In this document: one piece after another, positions 9,401-21,100 of the stretch
How the letters are laid out: each line of letters opens with the position of its first letter
Numbering within the stretch: the first letter of the stretch is position 1
Assembly: GCA_003614675.1 (NCBI GenBank)
Contig: ML002415.1
Location: 1-32,950, forward strand
DNA length: 32,950 nucleotides
Source: Dimargaris cristalligena
Lineage: Eukaryota
Direction: 5' to 3'
The notes under the pieces: model-generated
Seen by the model: only the letters and a program-made list of their open reading frames with translations
Told to the model about the DNA's origin: nothing
The model's database searches: none
Program-made: the position numbers and the translations under genes

Positions 9401-11926
9401 CATTGCACCCACCCACGCACTATTCCACCGACTGTGATTATTTATTATGTTTATCCTGTGATGCTACAATTCCTCATGTGTACTCGCCCCCATTTCATTC
9501 TACAGAGCTGCAAATCCATCGACATTATCCCCATCGCCTCCATCAACCGATGTGACATTCAAATTGACGACGAGACCCTGTTTGACAAAAAGTATTGCTT
9601 CCACATTCGTACCGACCTGCAGGGCACCTTTTATTTGACGGTGGACAGCCCTTCCGAGCGGAACCTATGGCTGAGTACACTGAAATCGGTGGCCAAACCC
9701 GAAATGTACGGCCCCGTGCAGTACAGCATGCTTAAACCTGCGGTGCAATTCCGAGCGGTCCGTACCTTCTGGATTCGGGTGGTGGAGGCCAAGGAACTAC
9801 ACGGAGGGCCATCCTTCTACTGCCACATCTACTTGGACGATGCGCTGCGAGCGCGGTCCGCGGTCAAGGGTAGCGGCAACTCCGCTGGTGGTCCCCAATG
9901 GCGCGAAGATTTCCTATTCATGGACCTACCCAGTTTCTACTGCGGTACGTCGGTGGGCATTTTCAACCAAAATAAAATGCTCAAGGATACGCTTGTTGGT
10001 CAAGCAGTGGTACCCATTCCGACGCTCCGACGGGGCGAAACTTACGACGGCTGGTACCCCATTCTATCCAATCAGCAGGACCTGACCGCCTGCTCCATTC
10101 TGAAAAGCCAAACCCCACTCATGGCCGCCGGAGGGGCGGGAACGGCCACTGCAGCAGGGGGTAGTGACTATGTGCAGAGCCAGCCCTTGCAAAAGGTCGG
10201 TAATCTACGACTCAAACTCCGCTACGACGAGATTGTGGTCCTCCCGTCAGCCGCTTACGAACGGCTCCTTAACCTACTCCTCAATTACGAGAACCACCTC
10301 ATTTTCGACCTCGCTGGCGTCTCCCGTAATCTCGAATGGCTCTCCGAAACTGTGCTCAAGATATTCCTCACCCAGAAAAACAAAGTCCTCCCTTGGTTTG
10401 ATTACTTAGCCCGGCACGAAGTGCGCCAAACCGACGATTCCAACATTCTATTCCGTGGTAACTCCGTATTTACCAAATCCCTCGACGCTTATATGAAGAT
10501 CGTCGGCCTGGCCTATGTGGAAGACACCATCGGGACTCTGGTCCGCAACATTTGCCAGTACCATGTGACCTGTGAGGTGGACCCGGCGAAATTGGCCGAG
10601 GACGAAGACGTTGGGGCCCAGTGGAAAATATTGCTCCTGTATGTGCGTATTCTGTGGAGCTCCATCGAACAATCGAAGCCCCGCTGCCCACGGGAATTGA
10701 AGGTGGCCTTCTCGCGACTGCGGAAAATTATCGAAGAGAAATTCGGGAACAAGATTGACCCTAATTCGGCTTCTCCAGCTCGGTATACGTGTGTGAGGTA
10801 AGTCCGCTGGGATAATAAGTCATTGCGCACCCCTCATTCTCTCTCTCTCTTTATATATATATATATATATATATACCTGTACTCATATGGGGTGGGCGAT
10901 TAGGTTTGATGGTATTGTAGACCCAACGTGCAATTTACTGTTGGCATTAACTAACCCGATTATATATTATCTGTTAACTTCCTATTTTGGACGTATTTTG
11001 GGTACGGGACTGGACTCGGCACAGTGGATTCTTCTTCCTGCGGTTAATTTGCCCGGCCATTCTGTCGCCTAAATTATATGGTCTTGTTAAAGGTAAGTTT
11101 CACGACCTGGTTTTCTTTTTGGCCAACCCTTTAATACAATATTATAGAACGTAAACATATATGGGGATACATCCCTCTTAATTTGCCGGAAAAGTATATA
11201 CATCGATACCCTTCACTCTCATGAACCGCTCACACCATTCCTCTATATTGGTACCCCCTGTTCAATTGTCCGTTCTACCATGCAGAAAACCCCGAACCGA
11301 AAGTTCACCGGACACTTACTCTCTTGGCCAAGAGTGTACAGTGCCTAGCCAATCTCTCGGGTTTTGGTGTTAAAGAACCGCACATGTCACCCATGAATGA
11401 ATTTGTGATGGTAAGTGAAGCAACCCTTCCATCAGCGTTACCATTACCATTAGCCTACGTTCATATATCTTTGCATACAAAATAATTATATTAGCAAGAC
11501 TAAAATCCTGTCTGTCTACTTCAAATTTTATTTATTTCGGCTTCCATTATCTAGGAAAACTCGTCGGCATTGATGGAATTCATTGACTTCATCGCCACTT
11601 GCAAGGAGGATGATACATTCGCACACAGTTCGGCCCCATCGTCTAAGATCCAGACCTTGGCCCAGAGCCACGTGTTCCATTCCCCTCTAGCACCCTATTT
11701 GGTTGATGTGGATAAAGAATTGTCGGCGGTTTCTTTCTTCATCTCCCGGTTCCGACAGGATATTTTGGATATGGCCAAGGGCCAACAGTGTCTCAGTAGC
11801 CCCGAGATACTGCGGGCACTGGTTGAAGAATGCGACGAATTAGACAAGAAAACACGGGCGTGCTGGACGTCTGGGTTTCTCGAAGTGACCCAGTACCCTT
11901 CCTTAGGCCATATATCTAAAGCATAA
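5775..11926 (+). CDS. Multi-exon Ras GTPase-activating protein (BAR-like helical N-terminus, PH, PH, C2, RasGAP), about 1141-1145 aa
   Basis: Manually spliced GT-AG exons: 5775-6413, 6599-6697, 6893-6961 (or -6948), 7189-7326, 7563-7724, 7903-8080, 8306-8359, 8557-8610, 8873-8930, 9133-9263, 9506-10797, 11025-11092, 11286-11410, 11555-11926. All phases are compatible except exon 3/4 (see findings). RasGAP motifs: arginine finger ILFRGNS, CEVDPAK, VSGFFFLRLICPAILSP, RTLTLLAKSVQCLAN, KEPHMSPMNEF. In-frame TAA at 5766 precedes the ATG. Confidence 0.9.
7189..8080 (+). CDS. RasGAP gene exons 4-6 (7189-7326, 7563-7724, 7903-8080): first PH-like domain
   Basis: Spliced peptide NSGYLFYYNPESNESWQRAYYTVEPEGDFVVV...RIYVVELATDGQLICYVQLTNQHEVQRTMRIF follows the PH pattern (GYL...W.R.Y, terminal helix); the phase 2 junctions are consistent. 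Confidence 0.7.
9506..10797 (+). CDS. RasGAP gene exon 11: end of second PH domain, C2 domain and N-terminal part of RasGAP domain
   Basis: CAG|AGC acceptor, AG|GTAAGT donor. Contains FYLTVDSPSERNLWLSTLK (PH C-terminal helix), FWIRVVEAKEL...FYCHIYLD...PQWREDFLF...DGWYPI...GNLRLKLRY (C2) and LFRGNS (arginine finger). Confidence 0.93.
10838..10875. repeat. Compound (TC)n-(TA)12 microsatellite in RasGAP intron 11
   Basis: Directly visible. Confidence 0.9.
11025..11926 (+). CDS. RasGAP gene exons 12-14 (11025-11092, 11286-11410, 11555-11926): FLR motif and C-terminus
   Basis: Splicing yields SGFFFLRLICPAILSPKLYGLVKENPEPKVHRTLTLLAKSVQCLANLSGFGVKEPHMSPMNEFVMENSSALMEFIDFIA, the RasGAP signature; canonical GTAAGT donors; TAA at 11924-11926. 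Confidence 0.92.
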
Positions 11927-14900
11927 TAAAAAGAGCGAGTGCTGTGTATGTGTGTTGTGCCACTGCTATAGTATTTACAAACAGGCGCTAGGGAATTCCT
12001 TTTGGTTTCACAGAAATTAATCCTTGCCTGGAATATCATCTCCCTCTATATATATAAATATCCTACTTCAGCCCATTCTCTCTCTCTCTTTCCAACGTAA
12101 TCTCTGGCTATTTAATCGATACTTTCCTCCGTCTCGACCTTTATTCTCTTGTTTAACAATTTTCCTATCCCCCAACGGAGTATTTGTTATTTCATTTTTT
12201 CCATAGTAATATATTGAGTTCCCTATAACTTTGATACGGTGGTAGTAGGATTAGAGTCGGAAGATTTGGGAACATATAGGTTTCTCGTATAGACAGCCCT
12301 ATTTAGTTTCATTGGGAAAGTACTACTTAATGCAATTAAGAGGGGGATATTGGAAATGTGTGGCCATGAGTAATCAGCCACCATGCTCAACTGATTCAAA
12401 ATATACGGCTAGATGGTTTATTAGTAGTTGTAACTATATATTCAAAGAAACGTAGTGTCCAGACGGTGGCTGTTTATCACACCGACTAAAAACATGTAAT
12501 TGATAAAATGTAGGGCAAAGTAGCCCTAAACGTAGTGATTGATGAATCGAATGTGGGTTATGGAACTATGTTGACTACGAAGAGTGCCGTGGAATACAGC
12601 AATCTTCCATGAACTCGACTTTTGACTTGACTCGGTCGCCTAATTCAGGGGTATAGTATAGTACTACTGGAAATAAATTACCAAACAAGCCGTATTCTTC
12701 AACCCCGATGTGAAATGCCTCCCAGAGAGGGGTTGCTAATTATATAGCACCGCTAATCCCCCCAACTTAGGTCTACCCTTCTTATTTGACTTGGCACTAA
12801 TAATAATAATAAAAACTAGGATAGACAGACACCATGCTCGCGTATTTGTTTCATGCATGGCTTTTTGCATATATATATTTGACGCAGTCCGAAAATCTTG
12901 GGTTAATCCCAAATGGCCAATTTGCCTCGGGTAAGTAAAACATCTTCGCTGCTCCTCCTCAAGTTACTTCCCTTTCCTTTCCCGGCCGATTGGATTAGGA
13001 GAGGACGTGTAGGGGTAGGTGGGTAAATGATAACCGAACCGATCTATTTGGAAGGCAGAAGTATCATTGCGACCGGGTGATGTATAATGTATGAGAGGAA
13101 TGTAGACCGGAAAGAGTAAGAGAGCCGAGATTATCCGCCGGGTGGGGAGAGGAAGCGCCTTTTTTTAGGGGGGAGGTCAGGTGATCAGGTAAAGTGGAAT
13201 GCAACCCACATGCCCTCCCTCCCTACATAGCACAGTGGACATCCCTAGTTGGGGGGACCAGGGCAAGATGACGGATGGGATGTGCGTGTGGTTTTGGGCG
13301 CTGTTAGCGAAGCCTTGGCCACGGTGTATCGGTAAAGTTGGAAGCAGGCGGCATCAACCAGGGGGGAGGGGAGACCGCCCAACTATTAGGGTTGGAGGGG
13401 TGCCCTTGGGGTCTGTGAAACCTGTAGAACCAGACCCAGACCCGGGGAATCTCTTCCTAGTATGGGGAGTATCGCACCCCCCGGTCTGTGGATATGATAC
13501 ATAGCGTACATGGTAAGTATGCTAATAACGACCGGAGAGCGCCGCTCCCCACTTGCTCCCATCTTGCTTCTAGGCAGCTGCACTGTAAGGGTAGTCAAGC
13601 CTCTCCTCCCTCCCTTCCCATTTACTATTTATTTTTTTATAGTATCCCCTTTGCCCCTACCCCCCCTCCCCTATTTTCTTGCTGGGTGCAGAGGATGTAC
13701 AATGGAAATCGATGGAGTTCAGTAGAAAAGCCCATGCTAGCCTGCTGGCTGGTCAATCCCCCCCCACTGAAAATAGGCCGGTGGGAACGGTGTATATTGG
13801 ATGGATTTACGGAGCTTACGTGGGTGTGTCTCAAGTTTGGCATTGGAATTTACAAGGTAATGGCCGGCTCATTTGCTGCTCCGTTTTGGTCTAAGCAGGA
13901 TGCCTCGCTAAAACCTAGCTAATTACCGGTTGGCTTGACAACTGCTTGGCACGATGGGCACCGAAACAACGCAGAGTTGGCGTGGCTGCAAACTACCGGT
14001 CTGAGGATCGAATATATAACCTGGATGTATTGGGAAAAAATCGCTTTAATAACTATACATATATATATATAAGATCTAATCAATGCAGTAAGTAAACCTT
14101 ACTGTTACTACTTCTTAAGCCTTTGGAATATGGGATGGCAATATTAACGATTCTCTTAACTGGTTATGGTAGAGGGGGACATAGCCCTTGTTGACTTGCA
14201 AATAGTGCTAAATCAGAAAGTCCTAACCACTCGACATGTGCTCATTATCTCCGAAAAGGCAAAATGGCTTAATTCACAGTAGCCACATAGGAGAGTGAAA
14301 GGTCGGGGAGAGAAAGAGATGGAAGAGGGGGCGGGTTCCCTATTAGCCAGATGCACCTGCACGAGCAAATAGGGGAATGATGGGCTGAATTATCATCAGA
14401 GATTGCCGTGGTGTTTAATAAACTACCTTGCTGCTAGTCAATGTGCTAATGTCAATCTAAAATGGACAACTCTAGGATGGAATTGAACCCGCTAAGCTCA
14501 GTGGTATCGCCATAAATAATTACTGACTGACGAGACACATTGCCTAGGACATGAATGTGCGTCCATGTAATATGTGAAGGATAGAAGCGTTCACACTTGT
14601 AGTGCTAGGCTGGAACAGGGAAGGGTGGGTGGTTAATAAGGGCAGGAATTAGACCAGGGCAGTCTAAAAGAAGGGCGGCTTATCAACTGCCCGTTTCTCT
14701 AGTAATAGTGACAATGGCTGGAACCGGAATATGTCCAACCAGTACTACCTCTCCTCAGCCATGGTTTTAGGGTGAGGCGGAACAACCCTTTCCGACGCTG
14801 TGCAGAATCCGCTCCCTGCCCGCCGAATACCATTTTATTCACCACGCAGGTAGGTTTATTTTGACTAGCCATACCCCATCGCCGACCCCCCGCAGTACTA

Positions 14901-15580
14901 TTCCGCCGCTGACAATAGCTACTATAGATACACTTTAAGCTTGGTTATTGTAGATGGGATAAACAATACAGGGGCGGATGGGCCTTGGACGAAACTATAA
15001 ACCATGGTCTAGGTAATAAACTACCGCAAATAATAACGGGGGGTCCCCCTTTTGCTTTTCCACTCCCTCCCCATTTTTCTTTCTTTGTATAGTTCTCTAC
15101 ACCGCCTCACTCACTCACTAGTCTATTCACCACCCCTCCCCGTTTTTTCCCTTTCCTCTCGGGTCTAGGTATAATTGTTATTACCATTTCCAGGGATTAT
15201 TAACTTAAGGGACAATCAATTGTTCACTTTCCCCTTTAGTACAATAGAATCGAACGACTTGACTAGTTTTGGTGGACCTGTTCGGTTGCTCATCATCGGA
15301 GGATTGGCCTCAAACCAGCTTGTAATGATGGGCAATCCCAGTAACTAATATCCTAATGCTTTACCCCTACCCTCTCGCACACCCACATACACACACACAC
15401 TCCCTCTCTCTTCCATCATTCCACTTCCCACTATCTCCCCAATCGCCTAGGCTCTCCGGATACACATTAAACCTGGAGGAGTGTGGTGTGGACCCTGCCA
15501 AATCCACTGCCCACCATCACTGGTATTGTTTACCACCCCTGCCCCTCACTAGGTCAATCCTAGAGTTAAAGAGGAAAGCG

Positions 15581-15582
<2 letters not shown>

Positions 15583-15612
<30 letters not shown>
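15583..15612. repeat. (TTA)10 microsatellite
   Basis: Directly visible. Confidence 0.9.
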
Positions 15613-15614
<2 letters not shown>

Positions 15615-16939
15615 TATTAATGAGTGTTTCCACCCGATGCCTATAGAACGAATAGGGACGGGATACTTTAACAACCATAGTGATACGTCTAATTGGCCAA
15701 CGGTGAACTATACTCGGAATGCAAGTCAATTGCATCATAATTATTTTTACCATTTAGGGGAATGCATTCGTAGTGTTTTTATATTCATTAAAGAGTGGTT
15801 GTATATTGAATAGGGAAGGAGGAGGGGTTCGATTTACCCCCCTCCCTAAATCATGGTACGGTTGGCAATGTCGAGCCAGGTCTGGCAATTCTATTTTTAT
15901 CCTGAAGAGGGGTCAATTCGACCCAGTCAGTGGAGTAATAACCGGTGATATCGACCCCTATGTTCGGCCCAAATATAGATGTGCCTTTGACTAGCCCCAC
16001 TGAAGGATGTATAGTCAGCGGGAAGTAGAGCCTCCCTCCCCCCAATGGCCATTATAATTCGGCGGCCCAGGCGAGTGTTCGGGGGATCTGGTGTATATAG
16101 CCAAGCTGTTTATCCCTATGTAATGGCGGTAAGGTGAAACGCAGCCCGAAATATCCTGTGCACCTTCTTAGACATGGGCGAAAGTACAATGGACTTCGAA
16201 AAAACAGCTTTCGGAACTGGTCGGCGATTATTTTTAGTCCAATGAATCGACAGCTAGCCCGGAAAAGCCAAAGCGGATTGGAGTGGGCGTATCAAAAAAG
16301 GGCATGTTCGGCATCCGGCCCTAACCTTTAAAAGAGGTTATAATTAGGCGGCAGCTTTAAGCCGCTAGAATTTTGCATCCTAATCTATTTTGGGCACAAT
16401 AACTCTCTGCAGTTGCCAAGTGGGACTCTGGGTACGGGTATTGTTAGATGGCCACACCAATTTACCAGCCACAATGGCCCGAAATTATAATCGACTGGCT
16501 ACAGGTCTCCCTACTCGGTCTGACCTGAGAATTCCGGCCATTTAATTTGGTTGAGGGGCTGGCCCTGCCCAGAAATTACTCCGCCCAATATTATTCCTGG
16601 GTTTAGGAACCATTGGGGTACTGTCCTATTGTGAAGACTGGGTCTATTAGTCACGCCGACGCCAGTGCTAATGGTAATCCCACTATATATTTATGGGGGT
16701 CTTACTAACCGTGTTCTTTATTAGAACTGCTGACGCATAATAATGTAGTGTTTTTTTTATCGGGTATTGAATACGCAAGTCTCTCTGGAATTGACGATCT
16801 ATTCCATTGTAAACACTCTTATAATCAAATAGGTTAGCGGGCGATAAACAGTAATGGGCAGTGGGGCTATGAGAGGCATGTTTAAAGTACTGTATGGCAG
16901 GTCGTAATAGACTAACTAACTGGGTGAAATGGTAGTACA

Positions 16940-17082
16940 ATATGGGAGTAGTTCAACAAAGCTGTATAACAAAAAATCCACTTGATGAGGCAAATACTAC
17001 TGGTTGAAAATAAACATCCCACCGATTTCCCCATACGCATAACAGTTAAAACCCTATACAACCGAGCTGAACTTCACCCATA
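16940..17082 (+). mobile_element. Copy 2 of the bipartite MITE-like repeat with imperfect ~30-bp terminal inverted repeats
   Basis: Starts ATATGGGAGTAGTTCAACAAAGCTGTATA and ends TATACAACCGAGCTGAACTTCACCCATAT (reverse complement ATATGGGTGAAGTTCAGCTCGGTTGTATA). Homologous to 1-140 and 18002-18146. Mobility is inferred only. Confidence 0.65.
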
Positions 17083-18001
17083 TGGATTAAAAGTGCCACA
17101 GCCACGGATTTCCAGAAAACCAACCCACTGGTATTTTGAGCCAAGACCTTATAGTTTTGATTTTACGCAAGCCCCTGCAGTATATACCTCACCTCCTTCT
17201 CACTTTGGTCCCGGTCGATATCCCCCCATTCAGTGGCTACGGGGAACTATTAAATCACCTGGACGAAACAATGGAATATTCTCCCATGTCCCTTCTGCCG
17301 CTCTTCCCCACTGCCCCCACTCTAGTCCCTTTAAGGTAGGGCTTGGCATGGCTGTGCTTCTATGGAATCTATTTTTATAACACCGACCATTGTTGATGAT
17401 TGAGTCAGCAAACCGGATGTCCATGCCAAGCGTACCACGACAGAGCTTCGATTTAGAAACGAGACACTATATTCTTTGGCGCCATATATATAGTTATGTG
17501 TGTGTATGTTAAACTGTGACCGCTCCCTGTCTTGCCACGCCTTTATCACTCGCAAGGGCTAAATTTAGGCTGATAATACTAGTTGGGCTTTCATTGGATG
17601 AAGTGTAGGAGAGAGTGGGAGAATGGGAGAATGGGAGGGGTTTAGCGATATTGGCTTTAATCCCCCCCTTCCCCCAAATCTTCGCCTCATACTAGCTTAC
17701 CCTACCCCGCTCTATGCAAATAATACCGACCGGAGCTTATCAGACCATTTGACCTAGCCCCCCCACCGTTCTTTCTCAGAAGACTACTGGATGATTTCAG
17801 TCGTATGTACCGGGATTGGTGCTTTGGATAGCCTAAATAGGAGATTGGGCACCAAGTAGGCAAATCCTTATCGGACTTCTCGGTAACCCTTTATTCTATT
17901 TTTCTCAGAAATACAACCCCCCCTTGTTTTATCTCCCCGGCCCCTTGGCATAATTCCCGTAAAGATTTAAAGCCATGGGTGAGGTGGTGTGGTCCAGATG
18001 G

Positions 18002-18146
18002 ATATGGGAGAAGTTTATCTGGGCTGTATAACGAAAAAATACATTAGGTAAGGCCAATATTACTAGCTAAAAATACATTTCCCATATATTCTCCCATACA
18101 CATATAATGGAAACCCTTATATAGCTGGGCTGAATTTCACCCATAT
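18002..18146 (+). mobile_element. Copy 3 of the bipartite MITE-like repeat
   Basis: ATATGGGAGAAGTTTATCTGGGCTGTATAACGAAAAAAT...TCCCATAT (module A, 18002-18087) is followed by ATTCTCCCATAC...CTTATATAGCTGGGCTGAATTTCACCCATAT (module B); collinear with 16940-17082. Confidence 0.65.
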
Positions 18147-21100
18147 TCTGGACGGTTCGCTTCATTGGAGAGTGGTATTGACCTAGGTTAGGTGAACGGC
18201 AACGTACGGCTGTCCCGCTACAGTCTGCAGTGCATAATATATAGGTAGTCCAACCGTATCAGATATCCCCATAAATAGGTTAAAACCCTATCATAGCACG
18301 TTACCGTATAAGATGGTGGACCCGCCCATTTTTTTTGGAGAACTCCCCCAAGCCTGCCACCAGTGAAGAAAGCAACAACGGATCATGATAACGCCCTTAT
18401 TGAAGAAAGTTCATCTCCCGATGTTCGGCTAATATACACACTCACTCTCCCACCCGCAAGACAGTAACTAAATATAAAAAATGATCGTACGCTATAGAGC
18501 TACACTATTGGCAAACTAGAAACAAAGAGCACATGATCGCCCCGGGTTAATGACAAGGAAGGGGAGAGGGGGGTGTTCACTATAAATGGACAATGCAGCG
18601 ATGAATCCACCCAAAACAATCTTAGCGCCACGAATCAATCGCGAGTGTCACTACTAAACCAGTACATTATAACCAGTGGCACAGATTAATTCACCAACTA
18701 TTCGCAATGTGGGTGGGGGTGGTGGTAGTGAGGGGTACTGTATAGTCCATTCAAGTGAGGAAAACCCTTTGAAATAAAGGGGGGTGGGATTGGCACCGGC
18801 GGCAATCGATCCCTCTGGATGCAAATCATAACACATTTACTGGTCTATAGATGATATACTGACTGTGAAGATAGTGTAATAGGAAGGAATAAAATAGATC
18901 CATCCGAGGTTGAACGAACCCGCTAATATATAGATTAAACTTGCATATCTCCAATTCGTAAACCAAGTCGATGTTATGGTGGATCTACGCGCGCCAAGCT
19001 GATCGTAGCCGTGGCGTAAGTGCAAATCTGCAATCGACTTACAATCCTGGGGTTTTTTAATATTATAATTTATATAAACCACCGGGAATAGAGGGACCCA
19101 CACATTGCCGCAAAGGGTGCTTACTACTGGGTGGCAATAGGAGGGGGAGGAGAGGGAGGGGAGGCAACCGCCACCCCCTTGTAAGGCGCGTCCTATACTG
19201 CACAGCAGGCAGCAGCCTGACCTTAATATTAGGATGGGCTGAACGTCCACGAGATAAATGATGGCGCCTTGCAGCCAGCCGGGGGGTGACATTGGCGATA
19301 ATCCCGATAGGCATCTAGAGATACACTGGAAGGGGATAAAGCAATTATTATTTTGGAGGGGGGCAGGAATTAGCGGGTTATTCGGATATACCTACATACA
19401 AACGTACCCACGACCGCACGCAGCAGACAGGTGCGGCTGATGGGGTTCACAATCTGGTCCGATTACTTTATTCTACTCGAGCAAAAGACCGGCCTGCCCA
19501 TAAGGTCAATCTCATTCAATCCTGGTGAATGTATGTATGTGTGCTTTGGAATCGGGAAGGGGCGTTGTGCGCGCGCGCGCGTTGCTGCTGTTGTTGTTGT
19601 CACTCAAATGAAGCTTAATCGAAAACGGTTAGTCATTGTTTAGACGATTCGGATTTTGATTTTCATAACTGATGGCCGCTAAATTGGACCTCGGAATCGA
19701 AACCAGCCTAGTCGAACCCTATCTTAATAATACTAATAATGTTAATAAAATAAGGATGGTCAGGTAATGGCGGTTGAAAATGCCGCCGCCGATTCAGCTG
19801 AGGGATGTTTAAAACCCAGCCAATCCTAAACCCCCTTTCTCCGCAAAATATGACCATGCCAAGCATGCCACCCCCCCCCTCTCTCCACCTTAATGGCTTG
19901 GCAGTCAGCAGCCCCTTTAAAACAAAAGTATGCACTCTTTTTTCCCTTGAGTGTATAGGGAGGCTGCCATGGTCAGAAATGGTCACCATTCTTTCGACCC
20001 ATCATGGCCACACGGTGCGAAACGGGAAGTTATCTGACCAGAGAAGTAGGGGTATGTGCGAACAAAGAGTGGGGGTTTGAGGAGATTTTTGGGGGATGGT
20101 GCAAGCGAGGAGGGGAGGGGGGGAATACCTTTATTTCACCAAGCGGAGAAAGAAATGGTGCAATGGAAAACTAACCGCAGACGCAGTGGTGGCAAGGGTG
20201 GTGCTAGTGTAGCCGAGGGTTGAGCGGACCGCCCTACCGTGTGCAACTAACTAAATCTACCTTTTACCCCATTTAGGCCAATCGATGCTGACGTACAGTC
20301 GACAGGTTGAACGGGGCACAAAAGAGGACATTGGGCCGATAACTGTACTATCGTCGATACTTTGGTTTCATCGTCGGAATAATAAGTGCCGGTCCATCCA
20401 CAGCTCCTCCCCCCACCACTTCCCAACGGTTTCTCTTTCGCACCCCTTGCTATATGTATGTAGAGCCCGATTACATTATTTTTTTAGAAAAAATATAAAC
20501 TGGGAAGCTGTGACTTACAATCGGTGGCCCAAAAAGGGGCCGCTTACCACTGGGCACCGAAGGGATTGTGCACGCTGCACTGTTGGAATTTCCAATGTTT
20601 TTACGATTCCATGCAAGCTGTAGGGTGTTCGTTCATTCGTTCCGCTTGCCACTTCCCCCTTATTCAACCATTTATCCCAACCACCTAACCACCTGGTACT
20701 CGAGATAATGAAGTACGTCACTATGACCCATGGTCCTCCTACACTTGAGTGCGTTAGTCTTGTTGGCGAAACCAGAGGTTAAACAGTAGAACTATTGCCC
20801 CGAACCATGCACTTTCTGCCGGTCTGAAATATCCCCAGGGGGTATAGTTATCACGTTGGAATACTCATAACATGCATGGTATTAACTTTACGTCCAATCC
20901 GGTCAAGAAAACCCCGGCCAAAGTAGGCCATTGTTGTAAACATACGCCAAGTGGAAATATACTTATTTTTCCAAGCTTGGAAGTTGAACTCGTTCCGAGT
21001 GCGAAGGGAAGAGTGAGTCTCCCAAACAAAAGGTAAATTACATCACGAGCCAGATTTGCTTCCTCCAACCTTCTTTATTCGGTAGCCGTGTACTCAACCC

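Noticed and set aside
9389-9505. N-terminal 39 codons of the 470-aa ORF-track call
   Set aside because: Intronic read-through upstream of the CAG acceptor at 9505, with a GTG start; the exon begins at 9506.
14470-14550. tRNA-like words (GCTCAGTGGTA on +, GGGTTCAATTCC on -)
   Set aside because: The A-like and B-like boxes lie on opposite strands; the T-stem is mismatched and no D or anticodon arms form.
16982-17380. 132-aa ORF overlapping repeat copy 2
   Set aside because: Non-ATG start in the ORF track, no transposase or recombinase motifs, and the frame is not maintained in the other copies.
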